Positions 12,851-24,781 of a DNA stretch of 64,000 nt are shown in pieces. Within the stretch, counting starts at the first letter, position 1. The number at the start of each line of letters is the position of its first letter. The notes beneath the pieces are model-generated. The model saw only the letters and a program-made list of their open reading frames with translations, searched no databases and was not told the DNA's origin. Origin of the DNA: Eremomyces bilateralis CBS 781.70 (lineage: Eukaryota); the NCBI GenBank assembly GCA_010015585.1, contig ML975152.1; one strand, written 5' to 3'. A program made the position numbers and the translations under genes.

Positions 12851-14077
12851 ATGACCCGACCACGATGGATCCTCCACCTCCAAGCCTCTTTCTTCCGCAG
12901 CCTCATGTCCATCGGCATGTTTCTCCACCGCCGCGCCTCCCCCTCCCCTCCTTCCCCTACCTTCACCCGCTCCCTCAACACCACCGTCTCCCCCCACCCC
13001 GGCCGTGTAAAGCTCCACTTCTACGCACCCAAAGGCTACGACGCCCACATCAAACCTCATCAGCGCCGCAGAAGGAGCGTCGTAAAGCGCCACCTGTACC
13101 CCGTCGTCGTCAACTTTCATGGAGGCGGGTTCACCCTCGGTCATCCGACGGACGATGCGCGGTGGGCGGCGTATGTGATGAGCAGGGTCGGTGCAGTCGT
13201 CGTGTCGGTGGACTATCGGCTCGCGCCGAAATGTCCGTTTCCGACAGCAGTGGAGGATGGGGTGGATGCGATGTTGTGGCTGGCGGACCATGCGACGGAG
13301 TTGGATCTGGATATCGATCGGATGGCGATCAGCGGGTTTAGTAGTGGGGGGAATATGTGCTTTACCGTGCCGTTGATGTTGCAGGAATGTCTGCTCTACC
13401 GCGCGGTCTCTCGTCGCACTGCGGCATTGTCGACATTGGAGCTCGAGAATGGGGAAAATGTCAAGGTTGTCGATACGATTGATGCGCCGACGGATACCGA
13501 AAACTCAATCGTCGACCCTCCGACCAACACCACAACATCGATGCTCAACCCCCCGACCAACCCCTCCCCCTCCACCTCCACCTCCTCCATTGCCAAAGAC
13601 CCCACCAAAATCATCATCACTTCCCCCCTTGAACTCAACATCCGCGGCGTCGTCGCCTTCTACCCCCCCGTCGACTACACCCAATCCCGTGCCGCCCGCC
13701 GCGCCACCTGCATCCGCCACGACCAGCACCTCCCTGCCCTCTTCACCAACCTCTTTGATCGCTCTTACCTTTACCCCCCGACCCTCAACAAGGCCAACGC
13801 TTACCTCTCGCCCGCGCGTGCGTCCGACGACATGCTCGCCGCGCTTCCGGAGGAAATCGTCATCGTGGCAGCTGAGTGGGATATGTTGGTGAAGGAGACG
13901 GAGAAGTTTCGGGACCGGTTGGCGGGGGAGGGGGGGTTGGGGAAGAAGGTGAAGTATTGGTGTGTCCCTGGCGTGCCGCATGCGTGGGATAAGGCGCCGA
14001 ATCCGTTTAGGGAGACACCGGGGTTGGCCGAGTGGTATGGGAGGTCGTGTGATGAGTTAAAGAGGATTTTGGAATGA
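12851..14077 (+). CDS. Alpha/beta hydrolase fold-3 (HSL-family lipase/esterase)
   Basis: HGGGF oxyanion motif, VDYRLAP, nucleophile motif GFSSGG, WDML and VPHAWD (catalytic His). Confidence 0.9.
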   Translation: MTRPRWILHLQASFFRSLMSIGMFLHRRASPSPPSPTFTRSLNTTVSPHPGRVKLHFYAPKGYDAHIKPHQRRRRSVVKRHLYPVVVNFHGGGFTLGHPTDDARWAAYVMSRVGAVVVSVDYRLAPKCPFPTAVEDGVDAMLWLADHATELDLDIDRMAISGFSSGGNMCFTVPLMLQECLLYRAVSRRTAALSTLELENGENVKVVDTIDAPTDTENSIVDPPTNTTTSMLNPPTNPSPSTSTSSIAKDPTKIIITSPLELNIRGVVAFYPPVDYTQSRAARRATCIRHDQHLPALFTNLFDRSYLYPPTLNKANAYLSPARASDDMLAALPEEIVIVAAEWDMLVKETEKFRDRLAGEGGLGKKVKYWCVPGVPHAWDKAPNPFRETPGLAEWYGRSCDELKRILE

Positions 14078-14526
14078 AGACGGGCACGGGATCGTCGATG
14101 AGATGGTTTGTCTATTTAAGTCTTTGAGCGTTTTCGGAGTTGACGGAGGAGGGTATGATCTGGTTCATACCAGATTCGGTAAAAAGGATTTATATTGTTT
14201 AGGAGTGTTGTGAAAATGATGTTGCATGACTATTATAGACGCATATCATGGATTTTGGAGATAGAGGATGAAGATATGCTCACGAGGAATATAAATCCCA
14301 TTATTATCAATGCTGCCATCTGACTAGATGCATAATCCAGTACTCCGCATTGTTCACTTCCCGAGTCCTCCGCCATTGGCCAAAATCCACATCAGCAGCT
14401 GACAAAACCGGAGCGATTCCACGATTGTCTCACCCACCAGACGAATCACATCCCATCCAAACGTTCGAAAGTCTACAATTGGTAGTTACCGTATCTAACA
14501 CATACATACACAGACACATCTGGATC

Positions 14527-16193
14527 TTACACCACCGCCTCCGCAGTCACCTGCGAAAGCAGCTCGTCCATCCCCCGCTGCTGCGAATACGTCCCCGCCC
14601 GCTGCGGCCACGGAAATGCCCGCCGATTCCACCGCCGCGCAAACCCCACCGCATCCCGCTCCGTCTTAAAGTGGATGAGCCACTTGATCGATAATGGCGA
14701 CCGGTGTCGTCTACCCTCCGTCTGCAACTCATCCCCGCCGGCTCTCCACCCTTCGTTTTCGCCGGCATCCCCGCCGTCTGTCGCGGAGGTCACCCGTCGC
14801 CGACCCCATTCCGCCGGCTTCATCACGTCGATGGCACTGATGTTCTCCCCTTCCTCGACCAACTCCCACGGCACCCCGCGCCGCGCTCCGTCGTCGCGGA
14901 TGGCATTCAGGATCGTCTTCGGACTCGGCTGCCGCCCCTCCGTCACGCCGAACAGCACGGTGGGAATCTTCCGCCGCCTCGCCGCCACCAAATAATGCGT
15001 CTCTCCGTGCTCCAAGAAAAACCGCTGATTCGGCCGCAGTGTGTCCATGTTCAGTGCGCGGATGTGCACCTTCTGCGTCGGGGGAACGAGGGTGAAGTTC
15101 TGCAGGACGTGGTGGATGTCGACGTCGTTGATGCGGTAGCCCGGGGGCGGGGTGATGCGGGAGAGGAGGGAGGTGGGGGTGTGTTGCACAGTGAGTTTGT
15201 GGAGCTCGGTGACGCGGCGTTCGTAGGCGCGGAGATCATCAGAGGTGGGGAAGAGGAGGTAGTAGTTGCAGGTGCGTTCGGTGGTGACGGGGTGGCGTTC
15301 GGGAATAACTGGTGGGTGGGCATTAGTATATATCAACGTCGATATACGTAGTCAACTTTCAACTTCGTTTCGTGTGCAAGGTGCATACCTTTGGTAAATT
15401 GTCCCTGGCTCGTCCATCCCGGAATGTGTTTCCCCTCCGGCACACATCGCTGGAAGTCGTCCAGATGTAGGTGCGGACTCAGTCCTCGCATCACCATGAC
15501 CGCCTTCGGTGTCTCGTCGGGGTAGCCTCCGAAAATGTGAGAGACGCTAAAGGATGGCTCCAAGTCATCTCCTCTCAGTGGCGATGTCGACTCCTCCACT
15601 TCCTCGGGGAAGAGCTCTGCGAAGAGGGATTTGGGTCTCGGGGCTTCTGGGACAGGAGGTGCTTTTTCCGTGGGTGGAGTGGGTATTTCTGGCTTCGCTT
15701 CATCTACCGATCGAGGTTTGGCGGTCTGGTTGTCGCGTGGAAGTGCCGCTGTGTCGCGTCTCGTAGTGAGGATATGCTTCCTAATGCGAAACGGAAGAGG
15801 TGACCCATCCGAATCGACGGTGACTTGCGGCGACGCAGCGATTCCATTGCGTTTGCTCTCTTTTTCCCCGAGCGATAATGTCTTTTCCCCTTGCCCTATA
15901 GAACTACCCATGGCACGTTTCAGGTGGCTATTCTTTCCCTTAAATCCTCGCGCTCCCAAGATTTTGCGTGGGAGGAAGGTGCGAGGTTCTACATCGAGCG
16001 ATGTAGAGGACGTCTTGCGGGTTTCCACTTCGCTCGATATAGCGGAGCCATTGCGTGGCACTTCTGTTCTCCCGTTAAGGAAAATATTGCGTGGTCGTCC
16101 TGTACTTTCGAGGCGCAATTGATCGTAACTCCTAGCGCAGGTCTGAGAGGTTGTCCGCAGCCATGGAACGCATGGTGCGCGCAAAGGGGGCAT
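14527..16193 (-). CDS. Conserved fungal hypothetical protein, possibly mitochondrial, 2 exons
   Basis: ORFs 15333..16193 and 14527..15336 join through intron 15388-15309 (GTATGC...CTAAT...CAG) as FTK-V-IPERHP. The N-terminus is Arg-rich and acid-poor. Confidence 0.72.
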
Positions 16194-16548
16194 GGGAGCT
16201 TCGAATTGTCGGTTCTAAGGCGTCATACCGCGCGAATTCCGCTGACTGAAGGGGATTGTAGTACGATGGTATTCGGAGGCTCGCGTGAAAAGGGCAATAA
16301 TGAATCTGATATCCAACTAAGGCTATGGGTTGAGTTGAAGATGGAGGTTGCGAATAGTGGAGTTGAACCGGGGATGGTCGACCAATCAGAATTAGTCTTA
16401 TTGAAGATCAAAAGATGGAATTTTATATCCAGAAGCGGATTATTGGATTTACTTGCATCATAGATCTTAAACAATATTCCCATGAATTTTACTCTGAAGC
16501 TCAGGTGTGTTCCAAGTGACATCCCTCTGTCATGGTGTCCAGCACCGT

Positions 16549-18913
16549 ATGGCTTCAATCCAATACTCACTCCGGCCCTACAGGCCTCCCGGATCCGGAA
16601 CGCCTTCGAGCGACTCGCTCCCGCTTGAGGCCGGATTTCGACTCTATCTTACCTCGATAGATCTGGTCCAACTCAAATTGCGGCCAGGACAACTCTGTGA
16701 AGTCAAATCTGGCTCCGGGTCCTGCATCGGCGTTGCATGGAAATCAACCGAGCCGGACACCAACAACCAGGCGCGAAATGCCAAAGTTCCGGATACCTTT
16801 CGGGCATTTTATGGTCTCCAGCTCAAAGATAAAGTGTCCTTATCAGGCTATGATGGTACATTACCGCTTGCTTCTGAGGTAACGATCAGTGATGCAAAGG
16901 GGACATCGGGGAGCAAGGATCGTGATGACCAGGAGGACTGGGACGGGCTTGCATATTGTGCTCTACGTATGTACAGTAGCTTGAATAATTTGCGGAGTCA
17001 TTGGATGCTGATGTGATGTAGAGGGTATCGATGCCATATGTCAGAATGGCACATTTGATGCAGTTGTCCGTCGCGGAGAAAATCAGTCCATGAAGAGGAC
17101 GTTCAAAATTACACACATTCAACACGATTCAGAAGGAGTCGGCTCAAACGAGTCAGAGCTCTCAACCAGACTGTTCGGAGTCAATTCAAAAACAAAAGTT
17201 CGATTCCAAGCCCATGGAGCACCTCGACGATTTGGAACAAGAGCCGCTACAGCCTCCTTCAGAGATATCGCCGGTCTTGATCACCAGCTCCAAGAGATGA
17301 AGGAGTTCTTGGATATACCATCCCAACCCGTTCGGGCAGGAGCACGGAACACCGACTTAAATGCATATAAAACGTTACTCGTATACGGTGCTGAAGGCAC
17401 TGGTAAGAGCTTAGTATTGAATGCACTCTTAACCCAAGTAGACCGAGTTAAACGACTCCACGACCTCAGCGGCACAGCGAGATCCGTTACACTACTCGAA
17501 ACAGCATTCCAGGATGCACTCCGAGACCAACCTAGCTTTATAGTTGTCGATGATATCGATGAGCTTTTGGGGAAGTCAGATCAGTCATCCGGACCGCTCA
17601 TTGCGGTTCTTGCCCGAAACCTCGATTCCCTCGACGGGTCGCAGGTGGCGTTCGTTGCGACGGCTATTACACCGAACAATATACCGGCGAAGCTACGCCG
17701 ACGATTCGCAGCGGAAATCGAGTTGCCCATCCCTGACGCGACGGCGAGGGCACAGATTCTCAACAAGCTGATTGGGGACCGAGCTCGCATTGAGCCTAAT
17801 GTCCTCAGTGTAGTTGCCCTCAGGTCGCACGGATACGTCGGTAGCGATCTAAGGTTCGTTGCCAGCAGAGCATACCGCCATTTCCGCTCAAGACAGTCAC
17901 AACAAGAACCTATTGCATCAGAAGACCAGGCTACCAAAGACGACAGTATAAACGGCGACCTCGCCGAAATCTCATCCCCCCTCGCATCCCTTTCCCTCAC
18001 GTCACTCTCCTTAGAAGACTTCTCCCACGCCCTCTCCCGCGTCCACCCCTCCGCCCTCAAAGAACTTTTCATCGAAACTCCCCAAGTCCAATGGACCGAC
18101 ATCGGCGGCTACGCCACTATCAAACGCAAACTCTACGACGCCACCACCCGCGTCATCTCCGACCCTGAGCTCATGCTCCGACTCACCGTCCGCCCGCCGC
18201 GTGGAATTCTCCTCTACGGCCCGCCCGGCTGCTCCAAGACCCTGACCGCCCGCGCAGCCGCGACAGCCTCGGGGTTCAGCTTCATCGCGATCAAGGGCGC
18301 GCAGTTGATCAATATGTACGTCGGCGAGACGGAGCGGGCGATCCGGGAAGTATTCCGGAAAGCGCGGGCAGCGGCGCCGACGATTATCTTTTTCGACGAG
18401 ATTGACGCGATCGCGGTGAGCCGAGAGGGTGGAGGCGGCGGTAGCAGCGGGGCGGTCAGTGGGCTGAACACGGTGACGACCTTGCTAAATGAGATGGATG
18501 GGATCGAGGAACTGCGCGGGGTATTGGTGCTGGCGGCGACGAACCGGCCGGATGTGTTGGATAAGGCGCTGTTACGGCCGGGGCGATTTTCTCAGTTGCT
18601 GTATGTTGGACCACCGGATGAGGAGGCGAGGTTGCAGATTTTGCAGATCAGGACGAAGAAGACGCCGTTGGCTGCGGATGTGGATTTGAAAGAGCTTACG
18701 CTACGGTTGGAAGGCTATACCGGGGCTGAAGTTGTCAATGTCGTCGATGCTGCGTGCGACAAAGCGTATACGGAATGCAGGGAGAAATCAGGGGCAGAGG
18801 AGGTCGCTAGCAGACATTTTGATGACGCACTGAAGGAAGTGCATGCGAGTTTGACGAGTGAGGCGGAGGCCTTATATCGAGAATGGGCTCTTGATACGGA
18901 GAGGAAACTATAG
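16549..18913 (+). CDS. AFG2: Type II AAA+ ATPase, Afg2/Drg1 (SPATA5)-like, 2 exons
   Basis: Intron 16967-17021. D1 Walker A GAEGTGKS; D2 Walker A GPPGCSKT (typical of Afg2), Walker B FFDEID, and SRH ATNRPDVLDKALLRPGRF. Confidence 0.8.
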
Positions 18914-19133
18914 AGTTCTTCTGTACAAGTCAATTCGATGTACAAACGACGGTTCAACTACAAGGGCACGTGGAGATGTGATTCCCAATGTATATGCCTC
19001 CATTCTCTATAATCAGCGGGCAGATTCATAGGCGACAACGACCGCAATACCGGTAGGGGCGTTCCAAAATCACTTATCAAATCCATCACCAATGAAGCAA
19101 ATCAACACCCTACTCCACCATCCCCTCCATCTT

Positions 19134-20188
19134 CTAGGCACGGATACAATAACTATACCCCGCGATCAAGTTGGTGCACCCGGCGTTCAACCCCGTATTC
19201 CACTGACGCAGCTGCGCTATTGCCACTCCAGCCCGCGCCGCAACCGTGTCGCAGCTGTCGCCCGCAACCACAGGGTAGAACGCCGTACACTTGGGAGTCG
19301 CGCCCGTCACCGCCCCCACTAAGGTAGATAGACCTACTGCAGCCGCTGACTGGGCCGTCTGGCCTGTTGCAGAGTTCGTCGCGCCTGCTCCTGTTGGGGC
19401 AGTGGGATCTGAACCCGCCGATCCTGTTGGGGCAGTGGGATCTGAACCCGCCGATCCTGTTGGGGCAGTGGGATCTGAACCCGCCGATCCTGTTGGGGCG
19501 ACATCTGAGCCCGACGAGCCCGTTGCGGCACCAGCTGTGCCCAATGATCCCATTGCGGAGTCGACTGGCCTCGCTGATCCCATTGCGGTGTCTGCGCCCG
19601 ACGAGCCTGTCAACGCTCCATTTGCGCCCGACGAGCCTGTCAACGCTCCATCTGCGCCCGATGAGCCTGTCAACGCTCCATCTGCGCCCGATGAGCCTGT
19701 CAACGCTCCATCTGCGCCCGATGAGCCTGTCAACGCTCCATCTGCGCCCGACGAGCCTGTCAACGCTCCATTTGCGCCCGACGAGCCTGTCAACGCTCCA
19801 TTTGCGCCCGATGAGCCTGTCAACGCTCCATCTACGCCCGATGAGCCTGTCAACGCTCCATCTGCGCCCGATGAGCCTGTCAACGCTCCATTTGCGCCCG
19901 ACGAGGAGGAGCCCGTTGGGGCTTCACCGACTTGTGCAGCCCTACGTTCGAAGCCAGCGTGAAGACCGGCTGGCATGATTTCGGCCGCGGAATATCTTCT
20001 GTCAAGGTATCCATGAAGAGAAGCACCAGTAGCATCGATTGAGACGATGGATGGAAAAGGAGACGGAATAGGGGCAGCAGCGATATGTCCAGCAAGGCTG
20101 CTAAGAGCAAGGAGCTAATTGAAAGGTCAGCCATCATGCTAGCTCTCCGGTAAGTAGATGGTAGGCGTACAGTCAAAAGAGGCGTCAT
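19134..20188 (-). CDS. Secreted LysM-domain protein (332 aa) with a Gly/Ser/Ala/Thr tandem-repeat stalk
   Basis: An 18-nt first exon (20188-20171), intron 20170-20115 and exon 20114-19134 give signal peptide MTPLLTLLALSSLAGHIAA. C-terminal fungal 4-Cys LysM: CTAFYPVVAGDSCDTVA...WNTGLNAGCTNLIAGYSYC. Confidence 0.87.
19390..19905. repeat. Coding minisatellites: 10 x 30 bp (19591-19890) and ~3 x 33 bp (19390-19499)
   Basis: The 30-bp unit TYTGCGCCCGAYGAGCCTGTCAACGCTCCA encodes GA(D/N)GALTGSS on the minus strand; the 33-bp unit encodes SDPTAPTGSAG. Confidence 0.97.
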
Positions 20189-21791
20189 TGCGATTTTGCA
20201 AAGTTCGTGTAAGGACCGTGGGCGCAATTGCGCGTTTGAAAAAAGACTGATATGAAAATAGAACGGCTTGAGACTCGAAGAAATGCACAAGACACGGTTT
20301 ACAGAATGAAAGCGGCGGGATAGTAAAGATATAGAGCGGCATATCGTCAAGACACTGGTCAGCTCTGCCCTGTTGCTCGAGGGGCTAAAATTCCTATCTA
20401 ACAGGCATTCCGGAGGGCGCCATGAGAAAAACCGGTTAGATCCTAAAGACATCCTATTCCCTCCAATTGCGTTCTTGAGTTCACAACTCGCTACTGTGCT
20501 AGGTAGGTATGTGGTACGTACGTGGTTAGTTTAGGAACCAAAACCGTTCCCTTTTTTCAGCTGAGGGCCCGAGCCTGTTCACTGTATTGCCAGTGCTGCA
20601 GGGGAAAGAAATAATGCCTCAAATCAGAAGCGATTAACGCCGCCATGGTGTTGCCTTTGGCTGCATTGTGGCTTTTGTTGTTGGCTACGAGTACGGAAGT
20701 ACGGAGTAGTAGAATTGCCAAACCGCCAAAGCGGCACAGGCGCACAGGTAAGGCTGAACCATGATGGGTATAGCAGGGTTAGGAATTAGGACATGCCGAA
20801 CTGTTGAGGCTTTTCCAAGTTCAGAATTGGACGAAGAGGTGAAGCCGAAAGTTGGAAATTAAGATTCACGAGATGTCGAGAACCCGAGATCGTATCGTGC
20901 CGTGAAAGTACTGATGCTAAATCAAGGAGCCAACATGACCTGGACTTTGGGACTTTAGAAGTCCTCAATTGGCTCACACGATTTCCTGTCACCAACTCGC
21001 CATCCCCTGCTTCTTCAATCCCGCAACTAGCGTGATCTACACGTAATAAACTCTACTACGTATGTAGTATGGCATGATCATGGTTCAGGGTTCCAAAACT
21101 CCATGCCATTTGTAAGATGTCGATGCTCGGAGTTGTGTGTTGTGCCTTGTGCGAGAGTGCAGAAAACGAACATCGGGGTAATCGATATCCGAGTTGTCGC
21201 AACCCCGACGCCTCTTGAGTCTTGACAAGTTGACATGTTGGGTGAGGTCAATGCTCACTCGATTTCTTTCTCAAATCTCAATTTGATTCCACCAACAATT
21301 GCCCTATCATATTCTTTTGAACCAGCAACAACAGCTATCGTATGTACCAGCAAGTTGCATTATTTTGCCGCTGGGCTTGAGGCATTCCATGCGAAACCGC
21401 TTTTCTCCTTTTTTTGTTTCATGCCACCGAATTCCTTTATTAGAACAGTCCGATTGGTTGAAAAGTGGCGCCTGGCCAAACACAAGATATAGGGGTTCAC
21501 TCTTGCTGGCTGTAAAAAGCCATCCCTTACCATGATTTTACAACATTTTTGATCCCTGTCAATTTCATAATGGCGTACACTAAGAGCGTTGTGACTGCGG
21601 TTATCCTAATTGAGAAGCCGCTAAACCTAACTTAGTATATACTAGTATTATTCTCAATTCTGCTGTCGCCGCTGCCATGTCTTCGGAGGCACCTCTGCTA
21701 TCACTATGCGATTCTGCGAGAGCTCAGCCAGGCCTAGTTACTAGTAAGTAGCTAACTTAAGTTAACTAACTAACTTAGTTAGACAATAGAT

Positions 21792-22043
21792 TTACTTACC
21801 TGCCATCTCAACAGGCCAGTTATGAAATGCTTCAAAATACTGCCGGCAGAGGTTAAAATTAGGACCGCATATCGTGCATTGCCAGAACATTTGCCTCGGA
21901 GCTCCGCTTTGAAGACTCTGGTGTATTTTCCACCTGCAGAACCAACAAGCCGTTCGAATCGGCCGTTCTGGCTTGACAATCTGGTGTGTTCCTGGCGTAA
22001 TAACAACGGCGTTCGGGAATACGGTGTTGTCATTTATATAAGG
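21792..22043 (-). mobile_element. piggyBac-like transposase C-terminal Cys-rich domain relic
   Basis: A Met-less minus frame absent from the ORF track reads ...RTACWFCRWK...RQMFWQCTICGPNFNLCRQYFEAFH..*, matching the CxxC...CxxC...LCxxCF..H pattern. It is flanked by TA-rich sequence at 21620-21790. Confidence 0.6.
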
Positions 22044-22051
22044 ACCTCTAG

Positions 22052-24781
22052 CCCTCTCCTACCTGCGGGAAAGACTCAGGAACTGCTTCAGGCGGTCGGC
22101 GTATCGCCTACTATCAAGGCTGGAATACTCGGGAGAGGGCTTGTGATAAGGTCTATCCTCACCAAATTAATACGCGAGGTCTCACCCATCTTTTCTTCGC
22201 TTTCGTCTTCTTTCATCCAACTACTTTCCAGCTGTTGCCTATGCATCAGGACGATATTCCTCTTTATGGTCAGTTTACTGCTTTGAATCGGAATGGCCTG
22301 CAGACTTGGGTTGCAGTTGGAGGAGTAAGGATATCAGATTTATTCTCTCTAAAATTATACCGCTAACAAATGTTTAGTGGTCATTCAATGATCCAGGCTC
22401 AACACATACTGCGTTCAGCGATATGGTATCCTCTGCAGCGAACCGGGCTGCCTTTATTACGTCTGTTATCACATTTATGGAGACTTATGGCTTCCAAGGC
22501 GCGGATCTTGACTGGGAATATCCCTCAGATAACGACCGTGGCGGACAACCGGCTGATGCGGATAACCTGGTCCTTTTAGTGAAGGAGATGAAAACAGCCT
22601 TTGCTGGGAGGTTTGGCCTTAGCCTTACCCTTGCACCAGACTACTGGTATCTTCGAGGCTTTAAGCCAGCCGAAATGCAGGGTTACGTCGATTTTATGGG
22701 GTTTATGGCCTACGACTTGCACGGCCCTTGGTACGTCCTACTACTACATTTTAATTCGGCTCTATGCTAACTACACCTTTAGGGATACTGATGTAGAGAC
22801 TTTGGGTTCTAAAGTCTGTCCACAGACCGATATCACTGAGATGGATAGAAACATGAAGCCCCTCTGGTTCGATGGCGTTGACCCTAGCAAGATAGTTATG
22901 GGCATTGCTTACTACGGTCAGTCGTATAAGCTTTCGGATCCTTCCTGTGGTACCATGGGTTGCCCCTTCCAGCCTGGCCTCGGTGGCAGCCCTGGATCTT
23001 GCACTAACTTTCCCGGCGTCTTATCAAACCGCGAAATCCAGTCGATTCTTTCAGCATCGCAAGGTAGTATCACGCCGACCTTAAATGAAACAGCAATGGT
23101 CAAATACTTCACTTACGACGGTGATAGTTGGGTCGGCTACGATGACGTGGATACCTTTATACTAAAGGAGCAGTTCGCAAATGATCGTTGCCTTGGTGGA
23201 ATCATGATCTAGTCTATCGACTTTGACCCTGAGACAGGCGGGGGTGGCGCGGCCAATCCCTATCGGTCGCCGGATATGGCTACGGTTATTCCACTTCCTC
23301 ATACGACAGTCCCTGCTGGCGCTACTTTAACCGTTGACTCCGGGGTATCAACAGACGTTATCAGTCTTTCATACGATGGAAACCAGAACATACCGCAAGG
23401 TCCAGGTTCTAATACCTGTCAGCGTTGCAGTTTCTTCCGCCTTATCACTTCTACATGCTGTGGCGATGGAGGCAGTATCGGGAACCCCATTGAATTGCCA
23501 GCGAATATTCCGATCCCACTCGATATTATCCTACCGGCAGGATTCGTGCCAAACCAGCCATTCGTTGCTACAGACGGGAGCACAGCCACTGCAGGGTCTC
23601 CACTACCAAGGGAACTTACGATTCCAAAAGGGACGGTGTTCTCTTCTCCATTTATCATCCCTCCGGGACAACCATTACGAGAAGGAGAAGATGACGATAC
23701 GGGAGATGATGCAATCTTATGGATCGACCCCGCGATCTGGGATGATCCAAATCCTACGGCCAGCTGCTACCCACCCTGCACTCTCGTGTTACCTCCGTGG
23801 ACCAAAGTGACGAGCACAGTCGACTATCCCCGCATTACATGGACTGAAGGTCAACTGACAACGGTGCTTACAGTACCTCCGATTACGATCAGTGAATGGC
23901 AGCTTGAAACGGTCGTTGTGGGTAATCAACCCTCTTCATCGAGCAGTGGAACGGGATTCCCACCAATTATCTTCCCGATCATCACGCCAATATTGAGCGC
24001 AACCACGACATGGCCACCAGTGACCACAATTCTCTCTGGGCATGTAACGACTATTACAAACCCTCCTGTACCTCCCCGTCCCGCCCCGCCAGGACCTCCG
24101 CCTCACCCTCCGCCGGCCCCAGGACCATGGCCGCCACCGATTAGGATTTCCATTGGTCCTTCGGGACCTATTGTGCGGCCATGTGCATTCCCCGCAAATG
24201 GTTGCCCTGGTAAGGTCGATCCGGGTCAAGTGCAACCACCGGGTCTGGAACCGACACTCAAACCAGTTAAGAAGCTTTCAGGGAGGCCGCCGACTGGCAA
24301 CCCGAGTGATCCAAATAGAAACGAGGATGAAGATCCAGATAACGAGGGCTTTACACCGGTTCCCGAAGACCCGGGCTCGGGGGGCCCTACTGTACCTCCG
24401 CCAAACACGCCGAATCCATCTACAAACACTGTAAATTGTTACAATCGGGGGCAGTGGACGAGAAGGTCTGCTCTGATTGACGGCATAGCGTACTTCTGTG
24501 ATCGATTCCTCGGTTATGGCATTCTTCCCGAGGGCAAATTCGTTGAGGAAAACATTCTCATGGGTTTTAGCGGGAACGACATTTTCGATGTCGTCGTCAC
24601 TTTCTCAGTCGAGGTTAAGTCAGGCTGTCAGTGGGTGTACGATGTTATTGACTGTCGAAAGTATCTCGAGGTTGCGGTGGACAGTTGTGACTGCGACGGG
24701 ACGAAGCACAAACAGGGCGGAGTTGTTGAGAATAACTGCTTGAAGTGGAGGCTTGATCCAACGGGGTACAACTTAGGGTAG
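22052..24781 (+). pseudogene. GH18 chitinase (subgroup C/killer-toxin-like architecture), 5'-truncated, with a premature stop
   Basis: Reads PTCGKDSG...RRIAYYQGWN...THLFFAF...VAVGG|WSFND...FQGADLDWEYP...MAYDLHGP|W; introns 22325-22377 and 22731-22782. GGIMI*SIDFD has TAG at 23210-23212, in frame with ORF 23276..24781 (Pro/Thr-rich linker plus Cys-rich C-terminal domain). Confidence 0.85.

Noticed and set aside
19591..19890. CRISPR-like array
   Set aside because: Contiguous 30-bp units without spacers, inside a eukaryotic CDS.
19291..19978. Plus-strand repeat ORFs (APDEPVNAPS; LRPTSLSTLH)
   Set aside because: Shadow frames of the minisatellite. The minus frame has the signal peptide, intron and LysM domain.
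21041..21050. ACGTAATAAA as a pogo/Fot1-type TIR start
   Set aside because: Only 10 bp, with no partner repeat or transposase nearby.
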